Positions 47,423 through 50,244 of a stretch of DNA of 50,244 nt are shown here, one piece after another (position 1 is the stretch's first letter; each line of letters starts with the position of its first letter). Source of the stretch: a virus. Its lineage: Duplodnaviria > Caudoviricetes. Both the position numbers and the translations under genes were made by a program. Location of the stretch: positions 1 to 50,244 of the IMG/VR virus record IMGVR_UViG_3300005057_000001. One strand, written 5' to 3'. The notes under the pieces were generated by a model, which saw only the letters and a program-made list of their open reading frames with translations, made no database searches and was not told where the DNA came from.

Positions 47423-47807
47423 CTAAGTCAAAGACTACCTCGTTGAGCCAGTTATCAAATTCAGATGAGTTTTCCACTAGTACTTCCGCATTTTCCTGAT
47501 TCCACTCTACGATGGTTTCAGGATTTTGACCTTTTAGGTCAACTAGAATTAAGTCTTCTAAGTATGCTAACTTCAATCCTTTCCAATTTTGAATAGTTGC
47601 AGCAGTAAATTCTTTTACAAATTTAGCTTCATCTAATTCTTCATTAAAAATTCTTGTTTTTCTATCAAACTTGTTTACAGTACATCTTTTTCTAAGATTT
47701 ACCAATTCTTTTCTTGAAAGGTTGGCAAGTTCAATTGAAAAACCATCTAGTCCAGGGAAGTCTACCCAAGCCGTTTTACTATCAACTAGTAAATTTTTTA
47801 AATCCAT
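47361..47807 (-). CDS. Tail assembly chaperone (G part)
   Basis: 148 aa, PG..GF...L..LSR, WKGL, NS..FD.W....VF.LENFR; position upstream of TMP. Confidence 0.8.
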   Translation of the reverse strand: MDLKNLLVDSKTAWVDFPGLDGFSIELANLSRKELVNLRKRCTVNKFDRKTRIFNEELDEAKFVKEFTAATIQNWKGLKLAYLEDLILVDLKGQNPETIVEWNQENAEVLVENSSEFDNWLNEVVFDLENFRSRQQSPITKKTESIPG

Positions 47808-47817
47808 AATTTTTCCT

Positions 47818-48726
47818 CTAATATGTTATTGTAGTTCCTAAATTTGCAGGGCTAGTGACTAATCTATAATCAAAAGTCTGCGTAAAAACTTCAGCAACGT
47901 TTAATCGTTTAGTGAACATACAACCTGTTAAGTTAGCATTTAAAAAAGTACTACTTTGGTCAAGTGTTTTCACTGCAACTGAAGTATTTGTATTAAAAGA
48001 TTGAGCAGTCGTAGAATTACTGTTTCCTGTATATTGTACAATATTTCCAGAAACTACTCTATCTTTTAATGTATAAGTTGTCGGATACATTGCGTTAGAC
48101 GCGTTTGTAACTGACAAACTATTATGCAAGGTTTCATATGGAGTCCAATCTATATTATTTTGCACACTTAATGTAGTAGAAACAAGATTTGTTACATCTG
48201 TTCCTCCTACTTCTACATCAAGTAAGGCTTTGACGGGAGTTCTTGTGGCACTTGCAGATTGCAAGGTACCAGGAAGGCTATACGAAGCATTCCCTACTCT
48301 CTCTAGTTTTTTGGCTTGACCACTAACACTAAGTGTAAGGGGCTTTGCTCTCTCCATTAAAAAGTCTCCGTTTGTGATTACACACCCTTCTAATTTGAAT
48401 GTGCTTTCTTCTGTAACGAAGTAGAGATCAAATGATTTTAACAATTGTTCTCCATTACTTGTATCATAATCTGTTAAAAGACTTTTGACGATACTTTCAT
48501 CTTTTTCTCTAGTAAGAGCTACCTGAAAACTAAAATCTGCAGGATTTGCTTTTGTTACGCTCGTTCCTAAAAACATCTTTGTCTGATCGTGCAAAGTCTT
48601 AACTTCGTATGCATCTTCCGCAAATGTCTGTGAGAACGATAATTCGGGAGTAACCTTTACATTGTATCGATTACTCCCGTATACCACGTGTACGGAACCG
48701 TCTCTAAGAAGGTTGTACACTGCCAT
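47818..48726 (-). CDS. p140: Baseplate tube / minor tail protein (T5 p140-like)
   Basis: 302 aa; FSQTF.E.....KTLH, ANPA.FSF, QNNI.W; between tail tube and chaperones. Confidence 0.75.
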   Translation of the reverse strand: MAVYNLLRDGSVHVVYGSNRYNVKVTPELSFSQTFAEDAYEVKTLHDQTKMFLGTSVTKANPADFSFQVALTREKDESIVKSLLTDYDTSNGEQLLKSFDLYFVTEESTFKLEGCVITNGDFLMERAKPLTLSVSGQAKKLERVGNASYSLPGTLQSASATRTPVKALLDVEVGGTDVTNLVSTTLSVQNNIDWTPYETLHNSLSVTNASNAMYPTTYTLKDRVVSGNIVQYTGNSNSTTAQSFNTNTSVAVKTLDQSSTFLNANLTGCMFTKRLNVAEVFTQTFDYRLVTSPANLGTTITY

Positions 48727-48728
48727 GA

Positions 48729-50243
48729 TTATACCGCGTTACTTGAGTCTTTACTATACCCAGAATCTGAGTGAACAGTTGAGCCCTTGTAAAGAACAGT
48801 CATTTCATCTGTATCTGTAATGCTTGTTCCCTGTGCCGCGAATTCAATTGTAGTTGATATAATATCAGCTGTTTCAATTGTTGGAATTTGTAAGTGAGCT
48901 TTTGGAATATCAAATGTAACCAGAGGGTTAGCAGTTGAGGCTCCGCCCATAAACAAGCTCATGTCAAACTTGTTACTTACTAAGTTTGTTGCTGCTGATA
49001 AGTCAGCTAGTAATTCGTTAGAACCACCTGCCGCTGTATCAAGGTAACAAGTCAATGAACCTGAAATAGTTCTTGACCCTGTGAATGAACCAATTGGCTG
49101 ATCCACGATACCTAGAGTTTCTGGAGTTAAGTAAGTCACGTTGTTAGCGATTGTGATTGACCCACCAGTAATATTAATACCACTGTAAGTGTGAGTAGTT
49201 CCGCCTTCTGTGTCCAATACTCCACCAGATGCTCTTGCTGCAGTCATTTGGTGAGCTAAAGTGACTGTAGATAACTTGTTTCTCAAGTAATCTGCGTCTG
49301 AAGTCCCTGTTATATCAACATAGTTTAGTTTCTCAACGTACGCAGATAGAACTGAAGAGCCATCTGTATCAGATACTCCGATTCTGTCTTGGAACGCTTT
49401 TGATGGGTCTTCAATTGCTGAATCAACCTGGTCAATACTTGTAGCATTTCCAGACCAACTTAGTGTAGCAATACCATCAATTGAGAAATCAACCTCTACT
49501 TGGTTAACTTGACATTCATTTAGCCTATAAGTTGTATTTTCTAGTGCAAAGAAAATAGTTAGTTTTAAAAGTTCGTGAGCGTTAGATGAGGCAAAATCAA
49601 CTTTTGTATCACTCGCTTGGAATGTAATAGCTGAATTAGTTGTTGCACCACTATTGTCTGCTGAATCTTCTGCAGTAGGAATTGCTTGACCAGCTAAAGC
49701 TGCCCAAAGAATATTCTCTACCATGTCATGCGCTGTAGTATCTCTGAAACTGTTTGCACCATGCTTAAAAGGTCTTACATAAGTTTGGAAAGACCATTCG
49801 GCAGGAGCCAAAGAGTCATTGAATCTTTGTGATCCCCTTTTCGGTGCTGAACCCGCTTCGTTAATAGTAACGTCTGTTGATTCTGAACTTTGAGAAAAAC
49901 TATACCCATCTAGTACACCGATTCTGAAAGTATTTGCATCTTTCTCATTACCTTTAAATAGTCCAAGTCCTGTTCTAGCGCCTTCAGCTGTAGTTCCAGA
50001 AGTCACTGTTGCTATTGTTGCTACTAAGCCATTCGCACCACTACCACTAGAAGCGGTAGATGTCACAGTATTAGATGCTGCATACCCAGTACCTCTAAAG
50101 TTATTGGGAATAAACAGTTCTGTTACTGCTCCACTGCTTACTGCAGCTACGATTGCCTTAAAACCAGAGCCTGATCCATTAGTAGTTCCAAAAGTAACAA
50201 TGTCACCTACAGCGTGTCCTGAGTTTGTACCTGATAGTGAACT
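48729..50243 (-). CDS. pb6: Major tail tube protein (T5 pb6-like), 5'-truncated
   Basis: EAG..P.RGS.RFNDSL..AEWSF.TY..P, QVNQ.E...IDGI, NN.TYLTP, GSFTG; frame stays open upstream of 50066 to the window edge. Confidence 0.92.
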   Translation of the reverse strand, partial: SSLSGTNSGHAVGDIVTFGTTNGSGSGFKAIVAAVSSGAVTELFIPNNFRGTGYAASNTVTSTASSGSGANGLVATIATVTSGTTAEGARTGLGLFKGNEKDANTFRIGVLDGYSFSQSSESTDVTINEAGSAPKRGSQRFNDSLAPAEWSFQTYVRPFKHGANSFRDTTAHDMVENILWAALAGQAIPTAEDSADNSGATTNSAITFQASDTKVDFASSNAHELLKLTIFFALENTTYRLNECQVNQVEVDFSIDGIATLSWSGNATSIDQVDSAIEDPSKAFQDRIGVSDTDGSSVLSAYVEKLNYVDITGTSDADYLRNKLSTVTLAHQMTAARASGGVLDTEGGTTHTYSGINITGGSITIANNVTYLTPETLGIVDQPIGSFTGSRTISGSLTCYLDTAAGGSNELLADLSAATNLVSNKFDMSLFMGGASTANPLVTFDIPKAHLQIPTIETADIISTTIEFAAQGTSITDTDEMTVLYKGSTVHSDSGYSKDSSNAV

Positions 50244-50244
50244 A

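Noticed and set aside
1-50244. tRNA, rRNA, integrase or anti-defence genes
   Set aside because: Intergenic gaps are short and explained by promoters, hairpins or terminators; no cloverleaf or recognisable motif seen by eye.

Overview
An AT-rich fragment of a lytic T5-like siphophage (Demerecviridae-like gene order; the accessory genes look like those of aquatic phages, which is inference). The + strand (1-12244) carries the replication/recombination module: family-A DNA polymerase (5'-truncated), D10 helicase, D11 SSB, D12/D13 (SbcD/SbcC-like), D14, D15 flap endonuclease and class I ribonucleotide reductase, with a 2OG-Fe(II) oxygenase and an AhpC peroxiredoxin inserted. It converges at a bidirectional terminator (12246-12270) with the minus-strand tail module: pb6 tail tube (5'-truncated), p140-like protein, tail-assembly chaperones (apparent +1 frameshift), pb2 tape measure, pb9 Dit, a 3845-aa pb3-hub/central-fibre fusion, a collar-like protein and three lateral fibre proteins. 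The last minus-strand unit is a promoter-bounded operon encoding a Hint-domain virion-type protein followed by a sulfotransferase, a cupin, a 2OG oxygenase and an unannotated 43-aa membrane peptide. Best candidates for new biology: that operon, an apparent head-to-tail docking code among fibre proteins, and the UUU_CGU +1 frameshift. All calls come from motif recognition and synteny by eye; no searches were run.
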